From: Haplodiscus bocki
Taxonomy: Eukaryota
Assembly: GCA_965655095.1 (NCBI GenBank)
Contig: OZ296648.1
Location: 70,432,001-70,496,000, forward strand
Direction: 5' to 3'
Length of the DNA stretch: 64,000 bases
Shown here: in pieces, positions 1 to 12,921 of the stretch
Layout: each line of letters starts with the position of its first letter
How positions within the stretch are numbered: the first letter of the stretch is position 1
The notes under the pieces: generated by a model
Seen by the model: only the letters and a program-made list of their open reading frames with translations
What the model was told of the DNA's origin: nothing
Database searches by the model: none
Made by a program: the position numbers and the translations under genes

Positions 1-1300
1 GTTCATTCACCGTTCTGCAATATTTGATGGGCAAGTTGGTCTGGCGCGACCGAAGAGGTTATTTTGCAGGTAGTTCTACCGTTGTTCAGTCTTTTAAGCT
101 TTTTGCAAGCTTCCTGGGATTCTTTTGAGAGATTAAAGGCTGAATGACCGCGGTCAATTCTTCCCATCGTTTTGACGCAAGGTAGTGGGCAAGTTTCTCT
201 CCGAGATCTGAAAATGTTTTGAAGACATTCGAGTCAAAAGCCTTGCAATATCCATCATAGAGTTTTCGTGTCTCAAGGTCCAAACCAGAGATATGAATTC
301 TGCGACAGCCCCTGGGAATCGTCTTTCTGGCTGCTGATTTAATCCGGTCAACAAATATGGTGTAATTGCCAACGGTTGGTTCAAATTTCAGAACTTCTGT
401 CAATTTTTTTCTAGAGGCTTCCCAATTGGCCTTGCGAACGTTGAATCTTTGTTTGAATTCGGTCTTCCGATACTCGAGAGCAGTGTTAAAGCCAAAACAT
501 ACTGGTTGGTGTTAGGATGCTGCGATGGGTTTGAGTATTGTCTTTGAGCAGCATGGTGTGGGGACGTTACTAACGAAGACGAGGTGCGGGTTATAACCAT
601 GTTTCTACCTCGCAATGTGGAACGAAGCCACTGGCCGGTGAGTATGTATTAGGGACAGTTCCATTGCTTGAGCGCCAGCTAAAAGAATGCTTCAATCTGT
701 TTTCGTCACTGTATCCCCAAAGCCGGTGGTGGCTGTTAAACTCCCCCGGTGACCAGGTGAACGTTTTTCTAGCAGCTAATAATTAACAGTAGGGAGCTCG
801 CTGGTAGGAGGTTTGTATACACTTGCAATAGAAATGTTATCAAAATTTACAGACATAACTTCAATGCCATCGCCATAGATTGTCTTTTCGGTCTTCTCAG
901 GGATTATATCTGATTGGACGAAGAGCGTTGCCATGTTTGGGGTGGTGGATTTCATTTATGAAAGTAGAGCCAGAAGAGATAAGGGGTCTAGTAGTCTTGA
1001 AACTTCAGTGGGTTTTTCGAAGCACAACCGCGATGATTTTTTCAGCTGCGCAGATAGTTTTCAAAAGCTCAGCTTTTGCTCTGCTGAAACTTTCACAGTT
1101 GAAAGACATTATCATCCGGTTGCTTGTCTTTGGCATTAATTTTTCTCGTTCGTGGTCACAATGCCGTGGACCCCGTCCCCTGTTGGCTTGGTAACCGTAG
1201 CTTTATCTCTGATTTGACTGGTGGTGTAAGGATTGGTAGACGATGCCATTGCAATCGTCCAGAGCCAGGGTCGCCGCGTGGAGGCTCCTTAAATGACCTC
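1..1300 (-). mobile_element. Non-LTR retrotransposon 5' portion (APE endonuclease plus linker; Ingi/Vingi- or RTE-X-like), pseudogenized, runs off window
   Basis: Minus-strand translation across stops and frameshifts: MPKTSNRMIMSFNCESFSRAKAELLKTICAAEKIIAVVLRKTH (ATG at 1136), GEFNSHHRLWGY, HGYNPHLVFVS, RFNVRKANWE, AARKTIPRGCR. These are APE endonuclease motifs plus the post-EN linker. Clade assignment is tentative. Confidence 0.85.
1227..1300 (-). ncRNA. HDV-like self-cleaving ribozyme (predicted) at the 5' end of the LINE
   Basis: RNA reads GAGGUC-AUU-UAAGGA-GCC-UCCACGC-GGC-GACCCU-GG-CUCU-GGACGAUUGCAAUGGCAUCGUCU-ACCAA-UCCUUA. P1 GAGGUC/GACCCU (G1.U wobble, one A.C mismatch), P2 UAAGGA/UCCUUA, P3 GCC/GGC, L3 UCCACGC, P1.1 CC/GG, 9-bp P4 hairpin, J4/2 with C-C-A-A. 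Confidence 0.8.
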
Positions 1301-4300
1301 AATGCTAATAATAGAGTAATCTATTTTTCCGTATTGATTACGTTTGGCAGTTTTGAATAGGTGTTGTGATAATTAAGACACCCATTGCGTAGATTATCCT
1401 TCCGTCTAAAAGCTTTCTAAGAGAACTCCATAGCTTTATTGATTGAGAAACGTAGTAAAATTCGCCATAGTTTCCATACATTGACTGCAATTCTCGGAAA
1501 TACAATAAACGTTTTTAAGATGTTGACATAATTTGCAGGTCATTTTACAGTGAAAGCGACAACTTCGCAGTACTTGAAACTTTATTCTAACTTTCCCGAG
1601 GGAGGGTACAAGAAACATGAACTATATTTTTTTTCTGCCGCGAAACAGGAAAATATACAATTCGATAGAATTTGTGCTTTTCTCCAGAATTTTCGATGAG
1701 ATTCGCGCGAACGTGAGCTCCCGTATACTTCAAGCTCATTCGGGAAGCTAAAATCAGACAATTTTTAAACTAATGGCTAACAATGAAGAGCCGGAATCAC
1801 TGAAATTGGGCTAACACCAATTTCCGGGTTCGAGTCCAACTACACGGTGACATTTCGTTAACGATTTGTCAGCACTTTTAATAAAATGAAAATGTCTCAT
1901 CATTATACCTTGTTTTGTTCATCGTGTAATCAATGAGAAAAACGAGAAATCGATATTTTGTGCACACCCAAAAGATGAGTGGTCACGCACACCCAGAATA
2001 CCTTATATTACACCAAATGCAGCTTTTCACCTTTGCGAGGTTTTCAAAAAATTGACCAAAAATGGTGATTTCCCCCCTTTTTTGCTAGTACCGAAAATTT
2101 TTCGGAAACTTCAATTTTCGAGAACAACAAAAAGTTCTCCAGAGAAAGTTGTTTGTCTTTCCAGGTTAATTCATTTAGCTTACCAATGTTTAAGAAATTT
2201 GCACATGAAACACCGCGAAGATGAACAAGTACCTGCCAAAGGAGGCCGTTTCTGACTGTTTACACGATATCATCAGACTATTAGATGACGTCAAAAACAA
2301 GATTAAAAAACTGCACAGGTCGGCTTCAATGCACTTTCTTTCAGTCAGAATGTGTTAGAAGATTTTACGCGGAATTTTTGACTATTTTTAGCCCAGTCCA
2401 CCAATTTGCAACTCAGAATTTGAAATGATTCATTTGCAATTCAGAATTTATAACTCATGTAACAATTGTTTCCTCTGACCAAATTTTTTCGCCATTTCTC
2501 AGATAACTTCACGGCAATTTCTTTCAAATCTTCAAGAAACATCTTTTCATATCTTCACGAAAGTTGAACTTTCGCGTAAAAGTGGACGAAAATTGATTTA
2601 GGTGCTTCTGCACAGTACCAAAAAAACTTGTAACTGTTGGAAGTTCCATCACAAATTAGCCTCATGCGTTTCCGCTTTTTCAGTTATTACGGCTTCGAGT
2701 AAAACGAGAATGCCCTTATGTCGACGTTTGGTCTTCAGGCGAGCGGAGCGAAGCCTAATCGCACAAGGACACGTCAAAATGAGTTCGATTTTCCCCTCCG
2801 TGACATCTCTCTACGTTTCATCTCTTGAAATCTAAATTTCTCAGCACCTTTTGGTCGGAGTTATCTGGTTTTTAGATAAATACTACGAGGGGTTCACGAT
2901 CTATCATATCCCAAAACTCCAGCCGCCGAAATTTCTTCGGCGAGTTATTAGCAGAAAAATTAAATTTTTGGATTTTCCAGAGGGCGGCGAAGCCTATACT
3001 TTTGATTCTTGTCTTTACAGTAACCTTCGAAACGCTTATTTTTTGGCACTAATTGAATACCTTTCCGTTAAACAGTCTGTGACAATTTTTATCAAGAAAT
3101 CTTTCGGCCAGGTTTTACCAGAAACAGTAGATAATGAACTTTTTGAAACAGAGTTGTTAGCTACCTCATTGCCCACTGCGTTTGTTAACTTTGACGCCAG
3201 TTTTCTCCATGCGCATTTGTAGGATCCGCTTATTGCTTAGTTGAATAGGCAAGGCCATACTAAACACGGCCGAAATTTTCGGAAACCGGACATTGTTTCG
3301 CCTGCGAGTTTCCGGCAAAAACAATTGAAAACCCAGTTCTTTAAAAGTAAAGTGGTACATTACCGCACTTTTCTTACCCAATATCACATATATGGCGGCC
3401 CAATGCCGCCTAACCGATGGAATTTGAAGCGTTAGTTTTTGGTTGTTGGCCAAAAATTTTGATTTTTCTACAAAATTTCGGGCGAAATATTCAGGAAGAA
3501 ACTGTTTTCAAATAAACTTCTCCACTAACTGAAGTCTAATGCGTTCAGCATTTCTAAACATGACGCCTATCACCTATGGTGATGAATATATTGAACAATG
3601 TGTCCAGTAAAGGGTTTTGATGCAAGTTTTGAATACGAACGAACTTTTCAAGGATTTATTGCCGAAAGTTGTCAAAAAGGTCTCCCTGAGACCTACCGAC
3701 TAAACCAAAGACATTTCCGGTTTCACAAACGATATAAGTAAACTCCGCTTCGTGATTTCCGCTGGAACACCTTGAAGAAGCAGTCGAGAACTTTTCCGGG
3801 TACGGTCGGTCGTAGACAGGAGGTCTGGCAAAAGTACTTTTTAGACGTAGAGCAGTTTTTTCTCAATTGTTGTGGCTTTTGGTGATAATTTGCTACGACT
3901 GGATTAAATTGCCTGGGTGTGGGCCTCCTAAGAATCTCTGAAATCACCTCAGGGTTTTCGCGACCTTCGGGTAGCGCGAAACGTAATTTCATTGAGTTTC
4001 ATCAGAAATGCCCTATTTCACATTTTTTTAGACCCTGCCATACTCAAACCGCATTTGCCAAACAGCGACTGGTTTTCCATGACTTTCAAAATGACAAAAT
4101 GCTCTTTGTTAGTTAGACTTTCTTTTGAAAAAAAAATAGCCTACATCGGTCATCTGTGTGTTCTCTGCCTAATCTATTCCGCTTCTGTCACATTCTCTCC
4201 AGCGTTGCTTAAGCTAGTGATAATCAATGTAAAAAAGAGGTTGAGTACCTTCGCAAGCGTTGCGCTAGTCACCTTAACGCCTTTGTTTCATTTCTTTCGC

Positions 4301-4999
4301 AATCTTGGTCCCATCTGCCAATTTTTTGAAAAGCTCCCAAATCTTAGCCCCTATGATACCTAGCGGGATAATTTTTCCTGATTCAGCTCGCCAAGACAAT
4401 GGGCTAAATTTTCGTCGAAAAAAATTTCCGAAAGTTTTTCGCCTTCCAGGTATTTTTAGCCGAAACAACGTGAAAACTAGTAAGCTACTAAAATGGTAAT
4501 TTTCCAGCTCTAGTACGTCTCAGCAGTGCCTTACAGGTCTGCGAGGTGCATGAGTGAGGTCTAATGAACTCCAACTGTTTCCGCGGTATCATCCGGAACT
4601 GCGAAGAATTCTCCGACTTCCAACAATTTGTCCGGAACTCGAGTTTTTTTGTCAGAAAATCAAGTTTTCACGCAATAAATGTCTTTGTAGAATGACTGAG
4701 TCCATTTTACCCGCTTAGTTTCAATCTTTGGGTAATATGGCTCCTATCCACCGACGAAAGTTTTTCAGTGCCTAAGTTACATATCCACTGAATTTTTGAA
4801 CAGAAAAAACTTTGCGAAAAACATTAATTTCCACCGAAAAAGGTCGAAAATTCAAACAGAGTTATGAAATGCACCTGTTTTTCTCGACAGTATTACTCGC
4901 CTGCATAACCATAGATCCATACGAAGTGTGGGGAAGCATCTAAGCAAAGAGCTGCTCAATTTCGTAAAGCATGACGGCCGAAAAATTCTCCGACAGTAG

Positions 5000-5812
5000 C
5001 AGTGCTGTTATGTTAAAAAACATTATTAATTAACATTCCTTTTTTGAAACTGTTTTTAACACCACTTTTTAAAACAATGTTATCAAATTGTTAAAAATTC
5101 TGTGTTTTAGTCAAAAACTAAAGTTCTTCAGATGACATGGGTCGTGGAAAAAGTGACATATGGATTCATTTAGATGTCATCAAAGTTGACGGTGTTGCCA
5201 GGGCAAGGTGTAAGAACTGCAACCACGAAATGGTCAACAATGCTGAAAGTATGAAAAGCCATTTTAATGCTTGCTCTAAGAAAACTGGTGACTGTAGCGC
5301 CTCAGAAGGACCCTCGGCAGCGAAACAACAATCTTGATACAGAGGATGTGTCAAATGCTCTCAATTACATCAAAGATGTCGATGAGCAAATAGTTCCAGA
5401 AGTTATGAAGTTCATGTCGAAGGCCCCTCCCTACAATTCAGCTTACTTCGAAGGGACTTTCAAAGATGCGGATCCTGTGTCGTGGTGGAAATCTGGAGTC
5501 AAAATGGGCTTCGATCAAAATCTTGCAAAAGTTGCAATTTCGTTGGTGTCTGCCGCTTCCTCTTCAGGAGGCTTGGAACGCTGTTTGTTTCTCTACGCAG
5601 GGAACCACTTACGGAAAGCTGCGGACATCGATGGGCGTCGAGAAGGCCGGTAAATTGGCGTTTATGTACCGCCAAATGAACAAAAAGTGATGGAATTGCT
5701 TTGTAGAAACATGTTTTCGATGTTAACATTTTTAACATAATTTACATGTGTTTTTCCATTTTAATTGTTTTTGACTGTTGAAAAAATTTTAACTAACAAC
5801 TTAACAGCCCTG
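5000..5812 (+). mobile_element. Internally deleted hAT DNA transposon (813 bp)
   Basis: TIRs CAGTGCTGTTATGTT and reverse-complement CAGGGCTGTTAAGTT (13/15 match). 8-bp TSD GACAGTAG (4992-4999) / GATAGTAG (5813-5820). BED zinc finger (IWIHL..ARCKNC..MKSHFNAC, 5137-5337) joined to the hAT C-terminal dimerization motif (DPVSWWK..LAKVA..SSSGGLER). Confidence 0.9.
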
Positions 5813-6737
5813 GATAGTAGGAACTTCCAAAAAATAGATTTTTTTACCACATTATGTACATACTACGTAAAGCTGACGTTTTTCAAGTATAATATCATCG
5901 TCAAATCTTACGTCAGGTCCCTTTTGGGACCATTTCAAAGTTGCCACTGCAGCCAATTTTTTTCGAGTGTGCTTCTGCGAAGATGGCTACAATGTTTATT
6001 TCTGAGCCTGAAGTTGTTCAGTTTAGGGGGTTTAAAAGTTCTTCAGCTGCAGTCCAGCGCAGCGATTGGAAGGTTGTGACTTTCTTAGGTGTTTTTTCAC
6101 TCGAAGCCCGTGCGCAACATAATTGCGACTATTTTCTTTGAGTTTCGACTCTTTCAACTTTGCGTTGGCGTTTTGCAGAACAGACTGTTCTTATATCTCC
6201 CATTCACCAAAATTGAGCCGAAAATAATCAACAAACAAACCGAAAGAGCAAAGACAACCGAGTAAATGTTCCAAACTGCCCTATTTTCCGTCCATGGTGG
6301 GTCAGAAATGGCTCAAAAATTAAACAGCTGGTATTCTCAAAACTGACTTTGAGATTTTTGTCCAAAAAATCTGAAAATATAGAACTTTATTCGGACTTTT
6401 TGCCAAGAAATTTAGGCTTGAGCTGTCAAAACTGCATTCCACGAGTCCATAGTAACATTTCGGGGTTCAAAAAATAATTGGAAAATGTTCACGTTCACGT
6501 GGAGTCGGCCAATCACCGGAGAAAAATTCTTCATGGTGAGGGAATGATTTTCCTTTCGTAATACGACGGAAAATGATAACTAAGTTTCTGGCATTCGTAA
6601 AAAAATCCTCAAAACTGAGAATGAAAAACGAAAACTTGTTCCGCAGAGAACAATTCGAAAACTTCAGTTGCTTTTTGACAACGGGTTGACCAACACAGAA
6701 ATTCTACCGAGAAGTATCGCAAAAAATGAATTTCAAA

Positions 6738-9700
6738 ATGGAGAGCCAGTCTGAAACTACTGTGAAGCTACTTGAGGACAGATAAAAGGGAAAACTGGAA
6801 AGACTGTTTAATCTTTCAACGTTCACAATTGCGTACCAGAGGGCTCCCTTTTACAGACCCATCTCTTCCGTATCTTCTTCAACGAATTGCCAGAAAGTGC
6901 TATGTCAAAAAGCTACGGAAATATCGACGACTTAAACATTGTCAGAACAAACCCAGTTGCAGTATCAGTATCCGAAGAAACTAGAAGTCATGTGAAGTCG
7001 ATTTCATGCTTCTGACCCTATTGAAAAGGTCTTGCTTGTTAAACAAAGGCTTTCAAGATCACTGCTTCAAAGACTTGAACTACGGAACAGCAGGCACCAC
7101 GAATGAACTCGAACTACTCATTGACTGCAGCCTATCAAGGACAACTCTCGCTAGGAAAAGAGCTGAAAACCCCCTCAACCCACTGTATAACATCAAAGCA
7201 ACCCCTCCAGGACGTCCACCATTCTCTCGTAAAGAAAAAAATCTTCACAAACTATGTCGTGCAGGTACTCAACTTTTAGTCGTCCCAGGGAAACCAAACA
7301 CGTTTGATCCATTAATCTCAAAAAATATCGAATGGAAAGCTCTCTCATGGATATTTTCCGGGACTACAAGAATGCGGGACACCAAAAACGGACTTCTCAT
7401 ACTGTCTCTGTTACCGCTCTCATTCAACCAGGAATAGAACGGTTTGCTACACTCCGCTAAAACACTAGCAGTGAAAATCGGTGGCAACTGTCGAACCATT
7501 CAAAAAAGTGATCGAACTTTCTCATGTTTGTGAAGCCAAATCCATTGACAAGGACATATCAATTGCCCAAAGACTCTAATCCCGTCAACCAGGCGAGCGC
7601 CCATTTATAGTCCGATTTGCAATACGAACTGGAAAATTGCAGCTCCTAAAAAACATCAACAACTGGCGAGCAAGAATGGCTATGGGAATGTGAAAATATT
7701 CGAGGATTTAACAGCACCAGGAATCCGTTTCTTCAATATTTTGGAAAAAGATACACGAACCTCATTGACGTGGAAAGGCGAAGGAACCATCTATAATTTC
7801 TGCAAAGAAAACAACAAATTATACTCTGTGCTATGAAGGTGCCTCCTTTCAACAGTACAACATCAAAACAATGATGTCATGTTCTTATCCGAACGACTAC
7901 TAGCAATTTTGCCCTTGTAGAGTGGAACAGCGGCCAAAGTTATCCACAACAAAAAATTTGACCAAAAACAATCCAACTATATTGTGTCTGAATGTATGCT
8001 CTCTTCATAGGCACTTAGATCTTGAAGCACTAGTATATAGCCTTGAATGCCCTTCTCTCAATCTCTAACTGAAATTTGGCTTCTCAAAAACTATAACGAT
8101 ACGAATCTAGCAACAGTCTATAAACAACTGGAGGCTAGTAATAGAGATAAACGACCGGGTGGCGCTATGATACAAGTGCGGGAAATTATAAGATCAAAAA
8201 AACTTACCCTAGCCCCTTTAAGGAGAACGTATTTGTGCTCCTAGATTTGTCGGGATTTCCGTCCACAGTAATGTGCATATAAAATATGCCTTCGAATATA
8301 AAAATGGATTTTCTGGAGCTCATAGACAAATTCTTCGAGCAAATATCAACCGAAGTAGTTCCAACCATAACTTGCGGACATATCAACATGGATATACTAT
8401 CAAACAACTTATTGAAGTCAAGATATCTAAAGGTTATTGAATCCATTGGTTTCAAAATATTGTCTATCGAGCCTACCAGAATAACACAAGCATCAAGAAC
8501 CTGTATAGATCAGGTGATAACGCAAAACATTCAATGCAATGTGAATGCTCCAGAACAACAGAATTCTTTGTTCATGATCAGAGAACAGAGTTCTCCGATC
8601 ATGAAGCACTTTAGGTAACCAATAATGTGAGAGTAAAGACCTCCAATATGACGTACTAGAGATTATTCGTTTTTGAAAAACACTGAAGTTCTTGAGCGTT
8701 TCTGCAAATTCTGACCAATTACCGGAGCCCAGAATTGTATCAAAAACATTGATGATACAAACATGGCATTTGATTGTTCTTGAGAAAAGTTTTTGAAAGT
8801 AACGAACTCTTTTGCCGCCAATGAAAAATCTTCCAAGAAAACTTCAAAAATACGCAAGTGGTTCAACAACCGGTTGAAAAATTTTATTAGTAAGAGAAAT
8901 AAAACTCATAGACAATGGAAAATTAAATCGGACCTATTTTTGCAGCAAAAACTCGAAGATATTAGACAGAAGACATAGAGCGGGATCAAATGGGCAAATG
9001 AACTATTATCTAACAATGTTCCAGAAATGCTTGGGAGACTTAGAAACAACATACAAATTGATTAATGAAATGAATGTTTAGAAAACAAAAGGCGATCAGA
9101 TACCGTTACTAAATGCATGCCAATTGCAGTTTGAAGTCGAACTAGTTCAACGAATAATTCACTAGCATTGGAAAATCTGTCACGAAGAACTTACCAGAAA
9201 TGAATCCTGAATCTGTTGTACACAGTATGTTTCTGTATGAAAGCTGCGCTGAAGTTACTTCGATAATTGCTTCTCTTCAAGAAAAATGCTCCACGGGAGA
9301 CGATTAATTACATAACGTTCTTGTCAAGGAGTTACTGTGCCATACGTAACTACCCACCTCGATGAAGGTGTGTTTCCTGATTTCTTGAAAAAAACAAGTG
9401 ATTCCAATTCATGACAAGGGGTCGAAGTTAGATGAAGATAAATACCGTCCGATATCACTACTCTTTGTATGGAGCAAAGTTTCAAGAAGTCATTCACACC
9501 AGAGTTTACATGTACTTCGTAAAATTTAAACTTTTCGATGACGAACAGTAAGGTCTCCGGAAGAAACATTGCACTGTCGACACAATCGCTGAAATGACTG
9601 AACGAATGCGAGCAAAAAAATAGCAAAAATGTAATCAACTTTTTTCTGGATATATGAAAAGCTTTTGATACCATCGACCATACTTTACTCCTAACAAAGC

Positions 9701-10765
9701 TAGAATTATATGGACTGCGAAATAATTGCTACAACTGGTTTAGAAGCTATGGTTATGGTCGGCAACAACGAGTTCAGTTGAGTAATGATACGTCCGATTG
9801 GTTGGATAAAGCTTGCGGTGTTCCGCGGGGATCGATCTTAAAACCACTCTTTTCTTGATATAAATGATCTGCCCAATGTTGCAAAGCATACAGAATTGTT
9901 CCTTTTTGCTGATGATACAAATTTTACTGCTCTGAATCAACCAAATGAGAACGTAGAAGAGGACTTAATGGCAATCTTGAAGTGATTAAGTGCGAATAAA
10001 TTAAAAGAGAATATTGACAAACTTTGGAGAAACTATAGGTTCTAGTGCTTCAAGTATTTCGAAAAATCCTCATATCATCAGTCATTTTTAACTCAGTCAT
10101 CAGTTGTAACCCAGCATGCAAGTATTTAGGAACAACTAATGACTGTAAACTTACTTTCCAAACATATATCGAATCTGTGATGGAGAGAAAACAAAGTGGT
10201 TTGACAAATTTCGTCATCATGTTTCAAGGAAGAATCTGGTAAACTACTAGAGGTCATATATAAATCCAATCATTCAATATGGTATCCTTATAAACGGCTG
10301 CTTCAACAAAAGCCATTAGAATCCCATATCATTTCCTCAGAGAAAATTTCTGTAGATGATTTATTTCAGGTGCAAGCGCGATCACTGTGAAGACTTTTCA
10401 CTTCAAATGAAATTTTCAAGGTGTTTGATTTGCACGTCTATGAACTACTCAAATTTCTACTACGATCTATAACCAAAAATCAAGCCAAAGAGTACTCAAA
10501 CGATCTTTTTGCTACGAAAATTCTCTACGATCGACTCGGCGGTCAGCTCAAAATCTGCTGAAGGTTCCTGCACCGCAATCAAAACTTATTAAGCAGTCGA
10601 TTAAGTATCGAGGATCAATACTACATAACGCGATGATATCTGCAGCAATGTGGCCAGAAAATGTGAATACCTGGAATATTGAACAAATTCAATTATACTA
10701 CCATAAGCTCACAGCCAGCTTCATTCTGAATAACAGTTATTTGATCACATTACTTTTTGGATAGG
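6738..10765 (+). mobile_element. Near full-length decayed CR1/L2-group (Crack/Daphne-like) LINE: ORF1, APE endonuclease, RT
   Basis: Endonuclease motifs LTEIWL, CGHINMD, EPTRITQASRTCIDQV (8047-8618). RT motifs KAFDTIDHTLLLTKLELYGLRNNCYNWFRSY (~9660-9750), LFADDTN (~9902) and KYLG. Many stops and frameshifts. Confidence 0.88.
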
Positions 10766-11919
10766 TCTGTTCTGACTAAGAGCTTCATCAAAAATTTGAA
10801 CGGTACCCACTACTTAGGTACCGTGATATCGAAAAAAGCGTCCAAATTAGGCAATTCGCAATTTTAGGAGCTGTGCAACACTTCGGAAATTCCAAGTTTT
10901 CGAATCTTTTTGGAGAAGCTGAAAAATTGATACTCGCTCTAAGCCTTCAAAGTTTCAACAGTACTTTCTTCTTGTAGCTCTTCCTAGGCACTGAGACCAC
11001 GAAAAAGAATCAGAAGAAAACAAGCAAATATGGAAGCTCTATTACAATGTTTGAAATGATCCGTTGTTTTAAGCATAAACCGGTTTTAATACACATTCTT
11101 CCCTTCAATCAGAATGAGAAGAAAAGCTAGCTTTTGAGTAAGGGATCGATGGTCAGAATCGAATAATTAGGTACTGAGAAAATCATTTTGAAAATCAGCC
11201 AAAGCCTGAAAAATAAAAGAATTCTAAAAAACTCGAATATGATTCTTCTGTAATTAGCATGAGAACTAGAGAATTCAAATTAGCCGAGAAAATTGCAAAA
11301 GAGAAAATTTCCTGAAACCACCAAGTGCGTGAAAACAATAGTGTATTTTTGCACTTCTCATTTTTTCGGAATCAGCAGAAAAGAACTTCGTAATACCCTC
11401 ATTTTAAATCCACAAAATTTCGAGCAAGCAAATACCAAATATTTTTCGTGATACTCGCAACGGTTTTCTTTGTTCTCTATACTTGTCACCATCGGAAAGT
11501 TTGAAGTTTTTATGTAATAACCCCGAATATTTTGAGCCCTACAGGCGGCGCCGACTTGTTTGTTCTCGGCTTGTTACTTTCGAGCTTCCACAATAAAAAT
11601 ACAGATTGCCTAATCAGCAGTTCAGCGAATTTTTCCGATCATTCTCGGAAGTTAACTTTTCTCACTAACATTGCTAAGAAATAATGCAAACTCTGTTGAA
11701 CGATGAAAATATGATGTACGTTTCTGAAAAATTCTTTATAGCGTACTTTATCCCCAGCCCACATACGCATCATTCAGTAGCACATTCTGAGAGACGCAAC
11801 GTTTTGGTCAGTTTGGATTTGAAGACGATTGTAAAGATAGGACTCTGACAATTCAAGATCTGAGATTAATTTCAAACAATAAGTTTTCAACATTCATTCA
11901 CAATTTGATAGAATTTTCA

Positions 11920-12921
11920 TCACTTAACTTTGTTGACGACTAATTCTTCACTGACATTCCACAACTTTAGGGCAGCTTCTTTGTCAAAACATTTTTCTGG
12001 CAAATTTTTCACAGCCCTGCAATCTGCAAAATAGAAGCCGGAAACATCTTGAACTTCAGGCGCAACTGAGAGATATATTTGCGTTTGAGCTCCATAATAA
12101 CTCGTTTTGAACATCATCAAAACTAGAGGAGCGAAAAGAATTTTCTTCCACAAAGGAAAACTCATATGCCGTCCCAGATTAGTCATGACAACTCCCGGAT
12201 GACAGCAGTTAGTTATAACCCCGGTACCTTTCAAACGTTTTGCTAACTCTAAGGTAAATAACACATTGGCCAATTTACTTTGTCCATAAGCTTTCCACGG
12301 GGTATACTCACGGTCAAGGTGGATATCGTCAAAATGAATTTTCGCATACTGTCTTATAGCAGCTTTTGAAGAAACGTTTACAATCCGACTCGGAGAGCAT
12401 TCCTTGATTTTCTCAAGAAGCAATTTTGTTAACAGGAAGTGACCTAAATGATTAACTCCGAGTTGGTATTCAAACCCATCAGCTGTGGTTGCTTTAGGGC
12501 ATGCCATGACGCCAGCATTGTTGACAAGAATATCAAGTCTTTCCTCGCTCTCGAGAAACGCGCTTGAAAAAGACCGCACGGAAGCAAGGCTCGACAGGTC
12601 TAATGACATTACCAGTACATTTCTATTATTGGTCTCTTTGATAATCTTGTCAACAGCTTCTTTTCCCAAATCGAGGTTACGGCAAGCTAGTATAACACGA
12701 GCTCCACGCTTGGCAAAATCTTTCGCAGTTTCATACCCCAAACCAACATTGGCACCAGTCACGATTGCCGTTTTACTAAATAAAGATGTCGTAGAGTGGC
12801 AAACACCTCCTTGAAAGTATCTTCTCAATACTAGAGCACTGGTTAAGGCTGTGACTCCCACACCAACCCATAACGGCCATTTTTCATGCTCCGATGGTAA
12901 TATGCCATGCAAAAAATTCAT
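11920..12921 (-). CDS. Retinol dehydrogenase 11/12/13-like short-chain dehydrogenase/reductase, 333 aa, single coding exon
   Basis: Intact ORF with N-terminal hydrophobic anchor, TGANVGLG (TGxxxGxG), VILACR, LDILVNNAGVM, GVNHLGHFLLT, IVNVSS, catalytic YGQSK (YxxxK) and HPGVV. The exact paralogue cannot be assigned by eye. Confidence 0.95.
   Translation of the reverse strand: MNFLHGILPSEHEKWPLWVGVGVTALTSALVLRRYFQGGVCHSTTSLFSKTAIVTGANVGLGYETAKDFAKRGARVILACRNLDLGKEAVDKIIKETNNRNVLVMSLDLSSLASVRSFSSAFLESEERLDILVNNAGVMACPKATTADGFEYQLGVNHLGHFLLTKLLLEKIKECSPSRIVNVSSKAAIRQYAKIHFDDIHLDREYTPWKAYGQSKLANVLFTLELAKRLKGTGVITNCCHPGVVMTNLGRHMSFPLWKKILFAPLVLMMFKTSYYGAQTQIYLSVAPEVQDVSGFYFADCRAVKNLPEKCFDKEAALKLWNVSEELVVNKVK

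Noticed and set aside
1795-1845. tRNA gene (GGTTCGAGTCC B-box plus GAAATTGG/CCAATTTC hairpin)
   Set aside because: No acceptor stem or D-arm can be built; at most a SINE remnant. The same applies to the B-box-like word near 19550.
2050-4500. Multiple 60-120 aa ORFs
   Set aside because: No recognisable motifs or consistent splice sites; the sequence looks like old non-coding repeat DNA.
12485-12814. 109-aa plus-strand ORF
   Set aside because: Antisense shadow of the RDH coding sequence, no independent evidence.
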